DNA of 64,000 nucleotides from Strigamia acuminata (Eukaryota): NCBI GenBank assembly GCA_949358305.1, contig OX442314.1, positions 14,694,001 to 14,758,000 of the forward strand, read 5' to 3'. Shown piece by piece: positions 53,789 to 64,000 of this stretch (position 1 is its first letter; each line of letters starts with the position of its first letter). The notes under the pieces were generated by a model. It saw only the letters and a program-made list of their open reading frames with translations, ran no database searches and was not told where the DNA came from. The position numbers and the translations under genes were made by a program.

Positions 53789-55262
53789 TCACATAAACTT
53801 TGGAGCTTTCTTAGCAACAATTGGCAACTTTTCACCCTGCAAATAAGGATTAACCTTCTGCAAAGAAAACAAAGTAAAATTAATATATCGCTAATGATTC
53901 TGCAATTTGAACTCACCGAAGGTTCGTTTTTAAACTTTTGAAATTCGTGAAAAAAATTCTCTCTTGGTTCTGGTTGATAGTGTTTTTTAGCAACCATATT
54001 CTTATGTTCGTTATGCTCCTAACGATATTTTTTTCAATTTAAAAACAAGAAATAAATGAATTCAATGAAAAATACTACATCAAACTCTTCCATGATCTTG
54101 TCTAGAGCATGGCTCATAACACCTTCGTTCTGGATTGATTGTGCCAGAGCACTGATCTCGCTGTCACGAGTCGATGTTGGACAATCGAACATGTGCTCAG
54201 TGTCGCACATGCACTCTTGCGCAGCTTGATAGTTGCGACTAAATGCTGCGCTGTTGACAAAGTTTTCCAAACACCCATCTTCATCTGCAATTTTTAATTT
54301 AAAAAATTGAATTGAAATAATCTAATAATTCCAACTTGCAAACTCACGCGTGTATCCTTTAGGACACGGATTAGGCGGATTGCAATAGGCGGGTAAAACA
54401 CTATCACTCTTAATTTCTTGTACATTTTTAATACTTCCGTCAGGTTTCAGATGCTGTTTTCCTTCTCCCGCACCGCCTGTAATGACACTCGATTAGAGCA
54501 TCACTTATTATTACATTTTATACGGGGTGGGCTTGCCTGCCATGTATTGATGCCCCCAAAGTGAGCTGTGCTGCAAGTACTCTTGATCGCGGATCATTGT
54601 GTCTAGCGTGTCATAATCTGGCTGAAATCGACGGTCGTTATCAAATTCTTTAGGAACGCGACTTCTTTCACGTTCATCATCAGTTACTCCACTGTGAAGT
54701 TTAAAAAATATAATATTGTTGCTTAATTTTTATTTTTGTTACTAAAGTTTAAATACAACTCACGAATCAGATGGAAGCTCGAGATAATCGTTAGTGGCTT
54801 CGCCCATCTTAGCCACGACTTCTCTAAGAAGTGCATCAGTTAAGGTGTATGGCGCGTCATGGTATATGTGTGCACGCGCGTGATAAACCCAAAGTACCAG
54901 CAGAAATAAAATCCTAGGTTGAATTATAACAATCTGGAAATGAAAAAAAAAATTTGACAAAACGTTTTTAGGTTGAATTAGAGGGTATTCTTCTTTCGAT
55001 TTACGATTTCTTGGAAAAATATTCTTGCGTGTCAAATTTGTCATTGCAATTCAAAGAATAGCAAACGAATTAAAAATTGATGCTATTTCTTGCAATATGT
55101 GGGTGGCATTAAGTGGTTTGATTTGTTTAAACGCAAATTACATTTTGTGTTTACTACCTACCATTCAAAATTATATATTCTAACAGGACCTGCTTTTATT
55201 ATTGCAGCATTAAACCTTACAATATGTGACGAAAACTACACTACCTTTCTTACCATATTCAT
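53789..55262 (-). CDS. SCG5: Neuroendocrine protein 7B2 (PC2 chaperone/inhibitor), about 279 aa
   Basis: Exons (55262-55254, start exon inferred: ATG AAT ATG|gtaaga), 54933-54764, 54691-54537, 54476-54348, 54284-54079, 54018-53917, 53857-53789. Signal peptide, IRDQEYLQHSSLWGHQYMAGGAGEGKQHL, LPAYCNPPNPCP, CMCDTEHMFDCP, VNPYLQGEKLPIVAKK and two VAKK motifs as in invertebrate 7B2. The start exon is uncertain (alternative ATG|gtaggt at 55164). Confidence 0.93.
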
Positions 55263-55335
55263 TCTGTTTGATAAAATGGCGTTGTTTCTTTAGTTCGGCT
55301 TCTCCTATACACACGTGCACCCTACCGATGATTTT

Positions 55336-55349
55336 GTTCTCATAGCAAC
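55336..55349. promoter_or_regulatory. RFX X-box-like motif upstream of 7B2
   Basis: GTTCTCATAGCAAC matches the GTHNYY-AT-RRNAAC consensus, about 75 bp upstream of the inferred 7B2 start exon; an E-box CACGTG lies nearby at about 55312. Confidence 0.5.
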
Positions 55350-58321
55350 CGTATTGATCTCTCTATGGAAATACAAATGTTGAAATATTTTGTCAGTTGT
55401 CACGGTATTAGTTTTTCAGAATTCCAAAGATAATCAAGATAAAAATGTCACTGTTTAATAAGTGTGTATTGATTAAAGATACAGGCCAAAATAGGAAAAA
55501 TTAATTTTCTTTACAGCTCTAACTTTCTATTTTTATTTAAAACTACGTGTGTAACAAGCTGAAGTGAACAAAAATTTAAAAAAAATTGTTGTATTTTAAC
55601 CAGTTGTAAAGATTTTCTGTTGTAGCATCTTTCCATATTTGTGCTTATTTGTATTTGTATTTTTTAACTTGTAAGTTGGACCGTGGACGGACTCCCAATT
55701 TTAAAAATAGCCCAATATGAGTCTAAACTTGACGGTACCTCTTTTTTATGGCATATCAATATGCAGCTATTTTTACAATATAAACTGGCGTTTCGTATCA
55801 TTTTATCGTACAGCCAAACTAAGAATTGTTTTTAAAAAAGCAGTCGTAAAAGTGGTACCAAAATAAATCACACGTATTTAAATTTTAATCTAATTCCACC
55901 CACATTATGTACTATTAATAGTTTATCATTCTGTGGAATCAATCAAACCGTGCTGTAAATCTTATCAAAAACACTAAAAATAGAAAGTAAATGTCGGGTT
56001 CGATAAAATTCAACTCTCCAGATGTTATCCATCAAACTGCGCAAATGAACCATTTATATGCGTAGATCTAATTACTGGCAATCACTTTATTACAGACAAA
56101 AAACCACCATTCCATCATTTTCATCATTCATCTAATTCAAGATTATTTTCTTTTGAGGAAATTAAAGTATTTAATTACAAATTTCGACATAGAGCTTAAA
56201 ATAAACGACAAAATTAGAATTTTTAATGCAGACAGAAGTGAATATTTATTGCAAGACATGTTTAGATTTTTTTAAATTTTGGTTAATATTTAAGAAATAA
56301 TAATAAACTGTTTGAAAACTATGTAATCTATCAGCTATAGAAATCGATACAGGCTTTTACCACTGCTACAAGCTTACGCCTACACACTTATTGATTGTTG
56401 AGCCCATTCAGAATAACCTGTACGAGGAATAAGAACAAGTACAGAAACGGTTGCTATGGGGACGGTGACGAAAATAAAGCGACCGTTCATTGTTCAAAGT
56501 CATGGCCAGTTTAATAAAACACGAAAAAGGATGCAATATTTATTTAACGCGGGTACGCATAAGTAATGCATGGCTGCAATTGAGACAATAAAACGCTTGA
56601 TAACGACATCTTAAAAATTCTTGGCCTTTCATGAATTCCGAACATCTGCAATGACTTGCTCTTTGCTGACTTTTAGTAGACATTACTCTGTTATTATTAA
56701 TTGAAGAGATGTTCTGAAACGTTTGAAGGACAACATCAATTTGAAGGTCAAGGGTAACAGCGGTAAAGAGAAAAATCAATGGTCGGTTTGTGTAGGAGAG
56801 TCCTTCTCTTAAACTGAATGCTAATCTAATTAGTCTCCGAATTGATGTAAGTTTGTGCTTAGAAAACATTGGTTACAATATAATGGTACCCGTATTATAC
56901 AAATGCTGCCTCGTTTTGAGAGTTTTTAAACGTTGAAGTTGCTTGCTGAGTTTTAATTTTGCTAGTAAATTTTAATATATTATTAATTTGTTATTGTGGG
57001 TTTTATGTTTTAAACTTTAATTTGGTGCTGTTATTAAGCTTTAATTCCAATATACGCTAACAGTTTTTTCTTTTTTTTTTGAAAGAAAGAAAGAATATTT
57101 TGGAAAAAATGCAGACTCATGGTAAGCAAATCGCTTGAATGCTTTTACATGAGAATAGTTGTGTTTCATAAGCTGTGAAATAAAAATTTCACATTATTAA
57201 AACTTAAATGGCATGATGTTAAAGTTTTGATTCTGATATTTTAAAAAATAAAAATTGTAAAATTACTATATATAGACGCAAGTATACAAAAACCAAAAAC
57301 GTATGAATTTTGACAAGTTTCTACCGGTATGTAATATAAAAACGTGTTTATTATAATTTATAACAGGGAGTTTAGATGTGCTCAAAACTAAATTCTAAAT
57401 ATAGTTTAGTCATAAAGAAAGAATAATTTTTTTTGTAGATTAAAAAAAATTGATGTTTAGTTTAAGTCAATCTAATTAGAGAAAATGCAAGTATTTACTT
57501 TTCAAAAATGAAAAAAAATCTCTTGATTATTTGTAAATGAGAGGCAATATTTGAGCGTTGTTTGTTTATGCAGTATTTAAATTTTAAACAAATTACTGTT
57601 TGCAACCGCTATAGTTTGATTTTCTCTTGGGTTTCAAGATCTTTTTTGATCACGGCTTAGCGGTAAAGGTCAAGGTTTTCTCTGATTTATAGCTAAAGGT
57701 GCGCGCGGGCAGAAAAGGAATTAGGGAAGAAAAAGAATACTAAGTGCAAAAAACATTAACTAATCGTAAATTATATAGAACATAATTTTTATTTTTATTC
57801 CTGCTTTTTATTTAGCTTTAAATTTTTAAGTTAGTTTAAAGTAATTTAAATAGTGGTAATTGGTTTTATCTTACTTCTCAGAAAATGATATGTGATGACA
57901 GTAAAAACACCATTTTAGGGAAACACAACATATTTATTTTTTTAGGATTAAATGTCATGCGGCAGTTGGTGTCAATGAAAGAAATCGACACCACTCTTGA
58001 TGGAAAGAAGGCTAGCCTTTTTTTCAAAACATGAAAAACATTCTGGGAAACATAATCTAATTTTACACATCAACATTGCATATTAATTGGCTTTGTTTTC
58101 GTGCACTCAGATATGAAGTTTTTCTGACAACTAGCTGTCATTTAATACTTAAACTGTTTCTATTCAAGATTATTTTAAATGATTATCAATGATACCAATC
58201 TTTATTCTGTCACTTAAGACGAGTTCCAGACGGCATTGCAAAGAGCCAATTGGATGAAACTTAAGTACTTCTTACAATTTGTGGTTTAGTGTTCAATTCA
58301 AATCATTTCCTCACCACTGAA

Positions 58322-58543
58322 ATGTTTGCCTGTTTTGTTCTCTTTGTCTGCGTTGCGGGTGCATTTGGAACAAATGATGATACAAGGAAAATAGAAATGA
58401 AGACAAAATTTCCCATGAATCTTATTTGTCCATGTAGAGAATGTGTGTGTTCTCCCAACGATGCAGTTTGTATTCGAAAATGCGCTGTATCATGTCCGTG
58501 TCCCATACCTGGTCCTTTAAGAAAATTTCGAGAAATGCTTTGA
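58322..58543 (+). CDS. Small secreted cysteine-rich peptide precursor (73 aa, 8 Cys in mature region), family not recognised
   Basis: MFACFVLFVCVAGAFG signal-like N-terminus followed by CPCRECVCSPNDAVCIRKCAVSCPC. Good start context (gaaATG). Canonical 3'UTR intron (gtaagt 58555 to tttcag 58626) and AATAAA at 58678 support a real transcript. Confidence 0.72.
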   Translation: MFACFVLFVCVAGAFGTNDDTRKIEMKTKFPMNLICPCRECVCSPNDAVCIRKCAVSCPCPIPGPLRKFREML

Positions 58544-59969
58544 GAAAACTGAACGTAAGTATTTTAATTGAAGAAATTAAATATATTTATTTTATTCTTA
58601 TTTCTTATTCTTAATTCTTATTTCAGATATTTATTACATCATCAAACTTTAACTGAACCCGAGTAACGTTATAACGTAATAAATATTGTATGAAACATCA
58701 ACAGCACTGATAAAACGATTTTTTTGAAAACAAAAAATTTGAATTTTAAACCCGCAAGGATTTAAAATCCATTATAAACTCTTGACGCGTGTACAAGCAA
58801 TTTTTCTTTTTTACATTATGGTCCAAAATATCTCATTCACATCTATAGAATTTATTACTTTCGCGTCTTCAAATGAAATGTTATAGTTGGCGCCCGGCAT
58901 TCGAAATCTATTTTTTCGATACACAGTTGGAAACTAGAAACAAGATAGATCGTTTGGTTCAATGGCATTGCATTAATTTGAGAATATGCTAGGCTCAGAT
59001 TTTTGGCAAATCGATTTATTGCAATGACATTTGTAAGTTCGTTGACCCTTTTTGGCTCCCCCATAGAGAGTTTCTTCCTTATCTCCCATTGACTCGCTGT
59101 CTTTCCAGTTTTCTGACCCGAATGTCACTCTCAGTGGATTCAAATTGACAACATGTTATTACACGAAATGAATTTTTGATAAATCACTTGCAAAGCACAT
59201 CCAACTAAAATATTTTCAAACTTCGAAAAGCTTTCACTGTTATCAAAATTACTTCCCACCAGAAACGATTGTTTATACAGTTCACATCCGAGCACAATTT
59301 CCCTAAACAAACATAGTAGAAATGTATTTTAAACTTTGTAGTGTTTCGATTCAGACGAGCAAAGTCGGACGTCATTCGAACATAGGGATGGAAATTACCA
59401 AGAGAGACGATATTTCTATTTTTAGCCCCGCGCCTGCAATTGAGCGTCGCATGAGCGAGAACATGTGCGTGAGCAAAGGATCAAAATTTGCGTCATCGGC
59501 GCTGCTTGAGACGCGCGCTTTTTGGTCGTGCGTAGGCGGCTTTCCCCGATCGATGAATGTTTGTCTAGAAATAACGTTGCGGCGCAGCGTCCGCTTTCAT
59601 TCGGGTGCTTCAATCTTCACTTCGCGTTAGAGCTCCTGGTTTTTTCCGTATTCGCGGATCGTGTAGTTTCAGCGTAGTTTATCAAGTAAGTGTGATTTTT
59701 ATTTCTCTTCATTTCAGACGAAAGCATCAACAATTTAACAAAACTGTTAAGGTAAACTTTACTTGTTAAACTAAAACTCCGCCTTGACAGCGCAGAATTC
59801 GCTTCTCTGCGTAACACTGAGGATGATTACTCTTTTCTCTAACGATTTTTTAAAATTAAAATCACTATTATATTCTTAAAAGTTGTTTTAATTTAAATTT
59901 ATTTGTTGAATTTTTTTTAATAATTATTTTTATTTTTATTTTTATTTTTTTTAAGTTCCTAGCATTACT

Positions 59970-61938
59970 ATGAGTTGGGACCGCTTCATTTATACTTTGG
60001 CGAGCGTCGCAGTAGTTTCATCTTATCCAATTTTTAGACAGCAAGGACGATTCGAACCACAAGAAATCAATTTCCCACCGGAATTCGCAATATGGCCTCG
60101 TCAAGAACCGGCACCGATGTACGGCTACCCCGACTTCGGCGATTATGCCGATCCACGCCCAGCTTACTCAGAATTGGACATTGTACGCGAGCAATTAGCG
60201 CACCCTCAAATCCCACCGTTCATTAAACGCTTTCCAGCAAATATACCTTATCCGTACGGTGAACCAATTCCGCTGGACGATGAAGAGGAGCAAAATTGGG
60301 GAGAAAATGAAGTTTCCATCAACAAACCGGCATTAGAAATGTTGACTGAAGCATTAATGGAAACACTCGTTCGGAAGAGTGAGTCTGATTCCAATTTACC
60401 ACCGCCAGAAGATGTCGATTTAGAGAGCGACTTAGTAGTCCAAGAGTTAAAACAAACCGCTGCTAAAAAATCCTTGCCGCCACAACCGACTGTAAAAACA
60501 TTTGAAAAATTTCAAGATAAAACTCCCAAAGGATCTGGACAGCAAGAAATTGCTTTGCTGAGACCGCCAAGTCATTCGCCAATTTTCTCCGCAAAACCAA
60601 CTGGGGATGGAAAAGCGGCGCCGGTTACTACGCAACAGGTAAATTCTTAAGTAATGTCCTTCTAAGTAGATAGAATGGCGAATTTGTTTTGGTTTTAAGT
60701 GTAGGAGATTTAATTTGGGATTTGGGGAAAGCTGTAAAGTATAAACAAGAAATAATTAACAATGTAGTGTACTCTGTTATCTGTACACAGTTTTTCACGC
60801 CCTTTGATTCAATTTCCTGGCCCCGGTCGGCTTGTATGGTGTTTGCCTGGTTGAAACAAACAAACAATTGATTTCCAACTTGTAAATTAAATTATAAATT
60901 TATAAATTAAGTTAACGTTTGAAATGGGAGTGTTTTGTAAATAACGAAAACATGCGATCCTGTTTTGATCATTTGGGTAATGACAAAAGATTACTTTCAT
61001 AGATGTTGTTGAAGCCTAACCAAACTGCCCATAATTTTGTTAGTATAACCGGAAAAGCTTTCCTGCTGGGAATAGTGCGTCAGAAAATTGACTCGATTAC
61101 GAAACTCGTGTTTTTAAGACCATTAAAAATTATAGTTTCCTCATCATTATCTAGGATTATTAGCCGAACAAATTGGATTAAATTTCATTTTTACTGCAAC
61201 TAGGAAATTGAATTTTAAGAAATAAAATGTTAAATATACATATTTTTATTACTGAAAACTACTTTTTTATTGCAAATTTATTACATACATCACAAGTTAA
61301 ATCTCATTATCCGTTGTCATGGTTACAGCTGTTGCCATATCACATTACCTAAAAATAAAATTGCGTAGGAAACTTCTATAGTTACAATTTATTTACTATA
61401 CTGGTAGAGTGGTTGTCTAATGTAATCCATAAAAAATATCCCATCAGTGAACACCTACTGTGCGGAGCTTTTGCCACCGGGCTGAGTGCGATCGATGTAT
61501 TGTAAATTCAACTTGGGCCAACTTTCTGAATGGAGTTGCGAGTGGTGGGTGGGCATTCATTCATCCTTTGCTGGTGTCTCTAAACGGTCCACAGCTGTTG
61601 AGACTGCGCAATGCGCCAATGCAGAGTTCAATGACGTCAAAGGGTTTCAGCCAAAAAAATATGAATGGGATTTTTCTTTATTTTACGTCATATCACTCAC
61701 GTATTACCATGGCAACATCACTCTCATCCATTAATGTTAATTTCTTACTTCATAGTATAAGTATAAGTTATATTTAATTAAATCGCTGATTCTGAATTCT
61801 ATTTATAATTTTTCAATTTCATTACAGGATTCGAAAATGCTTGGAGGTTATGTTAAACGTCGTCAAACATTTCCATACGTATCGACGGGGGATGATTTGA
61901 CGAAAGAATTGAGCAAATTGAAAAAAATTGTTCAGTAA
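59970..61938 (+). CDS. Secreted prohormone/granin-like precursor, 259 aa, 2 coding exons
   Basis: Exons 59970-60638 and 61828-61938 (phase 0). Signal-like N-terminus, Tyr/Pro-rich then acidic regions, dibasic sites (IKR, VRK, AKK, VKRR, LKK), GQQEIALLRPP motif and amphipathic C-terminus DDLTKELSKLKK. Probable 5'UTR exons end at 59685 and span 59718-59751. Confidence 0.78.
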
Positions 61939-63719
61939 AAGGATTGATTGACATTTTGCTCACGTAAATCAATCACCGCAGAAATACGTGGGTTTTTATA
62001 TAAAACTATCGCATAGCTAAAGGAAATAAATTTCCTTCTGGTTACACGCAATGAAGATGAAGATGCGAGTACCGAAATTCAATTTTTCCAATTACAACGA
62101 CTATCAATTATTGTTCGCAGTGATAAAATAAAAATGAAATTACCAATAAGTAATCAATGTATTGGTAATTATATCTTTTTAGCATGTTTCCCGCCTATCC
62201 TGTGTTTAGGTGGTGACTTTTTATACCTGCAATAGATGTTAACATATGTAAATAAGTCCGTCGCTTTGAAATTGTAAAGAAAAATATATTCAATGTGTTT
62301 TTGTATCACTGTTCTTAATCTTTAATCATACTGCTGGCACATATCCATATGTTGTAGTAAAAAGTATGAACTTTAAGAGAAAATGTTGAATATGAAATAA
62401 GTGAAACCAGATATGTAAATCTCAGTCTCTTTGGTGTGCCACACGGTAGTATGAAATATTAATGATATGACCTTTAACGAAATTAAATTTTGTAAAGCCA
62501 TCAGGAGAAAGATGTTTTAAGTTGAGATTAACGTGTCTAGTGATGAACTATGCTGTGTAATTGCATCTTGTATCAATATTTAATTATACTGATTTTATGT
62601 TTTTATTTTGATTGATTTTTTTTATTTTTTTAAAAAAAAATTATGTACTTACAATTTTGTATTTTTTTATATTTTAGTTGGAATGATTGATATTTATTGA
62701 ATGAAAAAAATTAATATTTGATATTTAAATATATCACTGAAATTCCGCACTCTTTCTTTGTGACGGTTTTCCACCACATGTGTTCACAATAACCGTAACT
62801 AGAGATAACATTGATTGTTTTGTTTTTCATTGGTGTTTGTTTCTTTTAAATTTGTTGTAAAGATAAACAAAATAAAATAAAATGCGACAAAATATTTTGC
62901 GTAGGAAAACTATTGTAATTGTCTGTTTTCAAACTCACATTGTAGATGGCGTAATCGTTGTGGCATCTGTAAATTGCGCTATAGGTGGCGCAATAGTTCT
63001 AGAAATCGAAATGGTTTTTCCATATTATTATTATTATTATTATTAATGAGATATGAAGAATAAAAGTGAGTAATTACCAAATTTGTAAAATTTGTTGTCA
63101 ATTGAGTTCCATTCATTTTACCACATGATTATGCTTTCGCATGTTGGAAATTACAAAACCTGATTTGACATAAAAAATGAAAGGTTTTGTTTTCCAGTAC
63201 AGTAATAAAATAAACAACAATAAACTTTTTACTAAAAGTAATTTTCAGCATAGTACCAAAATATTGTTGTTTATTTACTTTATTTTAGCATTATTAGGCC
63301 TAATATTAGGCTTAATACTGCTAAATAACAATTGAAATTAGAAAATCGTCTGCGCAGAATGGGATGTGCAGTACGAATTTAGCATCAAGATACCGAGCGC
63401 GAACTGGTATATAAATAATTAATTAGCATAAATTATTCACAACAAATAAATGTTTATTCAGTAATTAAAATTTATTAATTTAAACTTTCGTTCAGGAGAT
63501 ATTGTTACTCCACGTTTTGACGCAACCTCATTCATTCGACACGCGCTGAACACTTTTATGAAGTTTAAAAACTTTGTTGAACTCGCAACGTTCCTCCCGA
63601 ATGACGGCAATTACAAACAGGTGACAATCGTTCATTTATTTATTGATAGCATTATTAATTTCCATTTTTATTTTAATTATTTTAGAAAGACAAAATTCAG
63701 CTGAGATTGACTTATCAAA

Positions 63720-63867
63720 ATGAAAGAGACAAAACAAAAGAATTTCTACAGAAAAACACAAGCAGGCAATTTACCGTCTTTGCCAAAGCTGGAGATTTAT
63801 GCGTATTTTTCTATCTGGGTTTACGCATTGTATATCGCCATTGATAAAGTCTATCACATGGCTTCAG
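63720..63867 (+). CDS. HHAT: Probable first coding exon of hedgehog acyltransferase (HHAT/rasp, MBOAT family); gene continues beyond the window
   Basis: LPKLEIYAYFSIWVYALYIAIDKVYHMAS resembles the recalled N-terminal TM segment of HHAT/rasp (LP..E...Y.......Y....VY). In-frame stop upstream of the ATG and donor CAG|gtaac at 63868. Only about 49 aa are visible. Confidence 0.55.
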
Positions 63868-64000
63868 GTAACATTAAGAAAATTGAAATTTTATTTGAGG
63901 GGTTTCTTTAATTTGTGTTTGTTTTCTTTATTGACAAAGGAATGTTGTAAACATATATAAAAGGTCGGAACAGATGGTTTTGCTATCATTAGTTGAACTA

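Noticed and set aside
56540..56869. 109-aa minus-strand ORF between 7B2 and the Cys-rich peptide gene
   Set aside because: No recognisable motif, signal peptide or supporting splice structure; treated as a chance ORF.
58322..58543. Cys-rich peptide as a Gremlin/DAN homologue, suggested by the formin-7B2 synteny
   Set aside because: Too short, lacks the CxGxC cystine-knot motif and lies on the other side of 7B2.
1..64000. Prokaryotic systems (CRISPR arrays, operons, IS elements), rRNA and tRNA genes
   Set aside because: The sequence is clearly spliceosomal-intron-containing animal DNA; I saw no regular repeat-spacer array, cloverleaf or rRNA-like sequence.

Overview
AT-rich, intron-dense genomic DNA from an invertebrate animal (probably an arthropod; most introns are 55-70 nt, GT-AG). 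No prokaryotic features are present. Manual splicing gives nine protein-coding genes in this order: BAHD1-like chromatin protein (+, preceded by about 14 kb of non-coding, MITE-containing sequence); a giant kinesin-3 of the STARD9/KIF16A type (+, about 2765 aa, no START domain); SRP14 (-) head-to-head with SAE1 (+); a Cappuccino/FMN-type formin (+) tail-to-tail with neuroendocrine 7B2/SCG5 (-); an unrecognised 8-Cys secreted peptide (+); a secreted prohormone-like precursor (+); and the first coding exon of a probable HHAT/rasp gene (+) running off the window end. The most notable observations are (i) apparent deep synteny with human 15q13-15 (BAHD1, STARD9, SRP14, FMN1, SCG5), including a formin-7B2 pair with no Gremlin between them, (ii) a candidate RFX-regulated neurosecretory cassette around 7B2, (iii) the START-less STARD9-like motor and (iv) a pre-miRNA-like hairpin upstream of the BAHD1 coding region. 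All exon coordinates were read by eye and gene names come from recalled family motifs; none were checked by database search.
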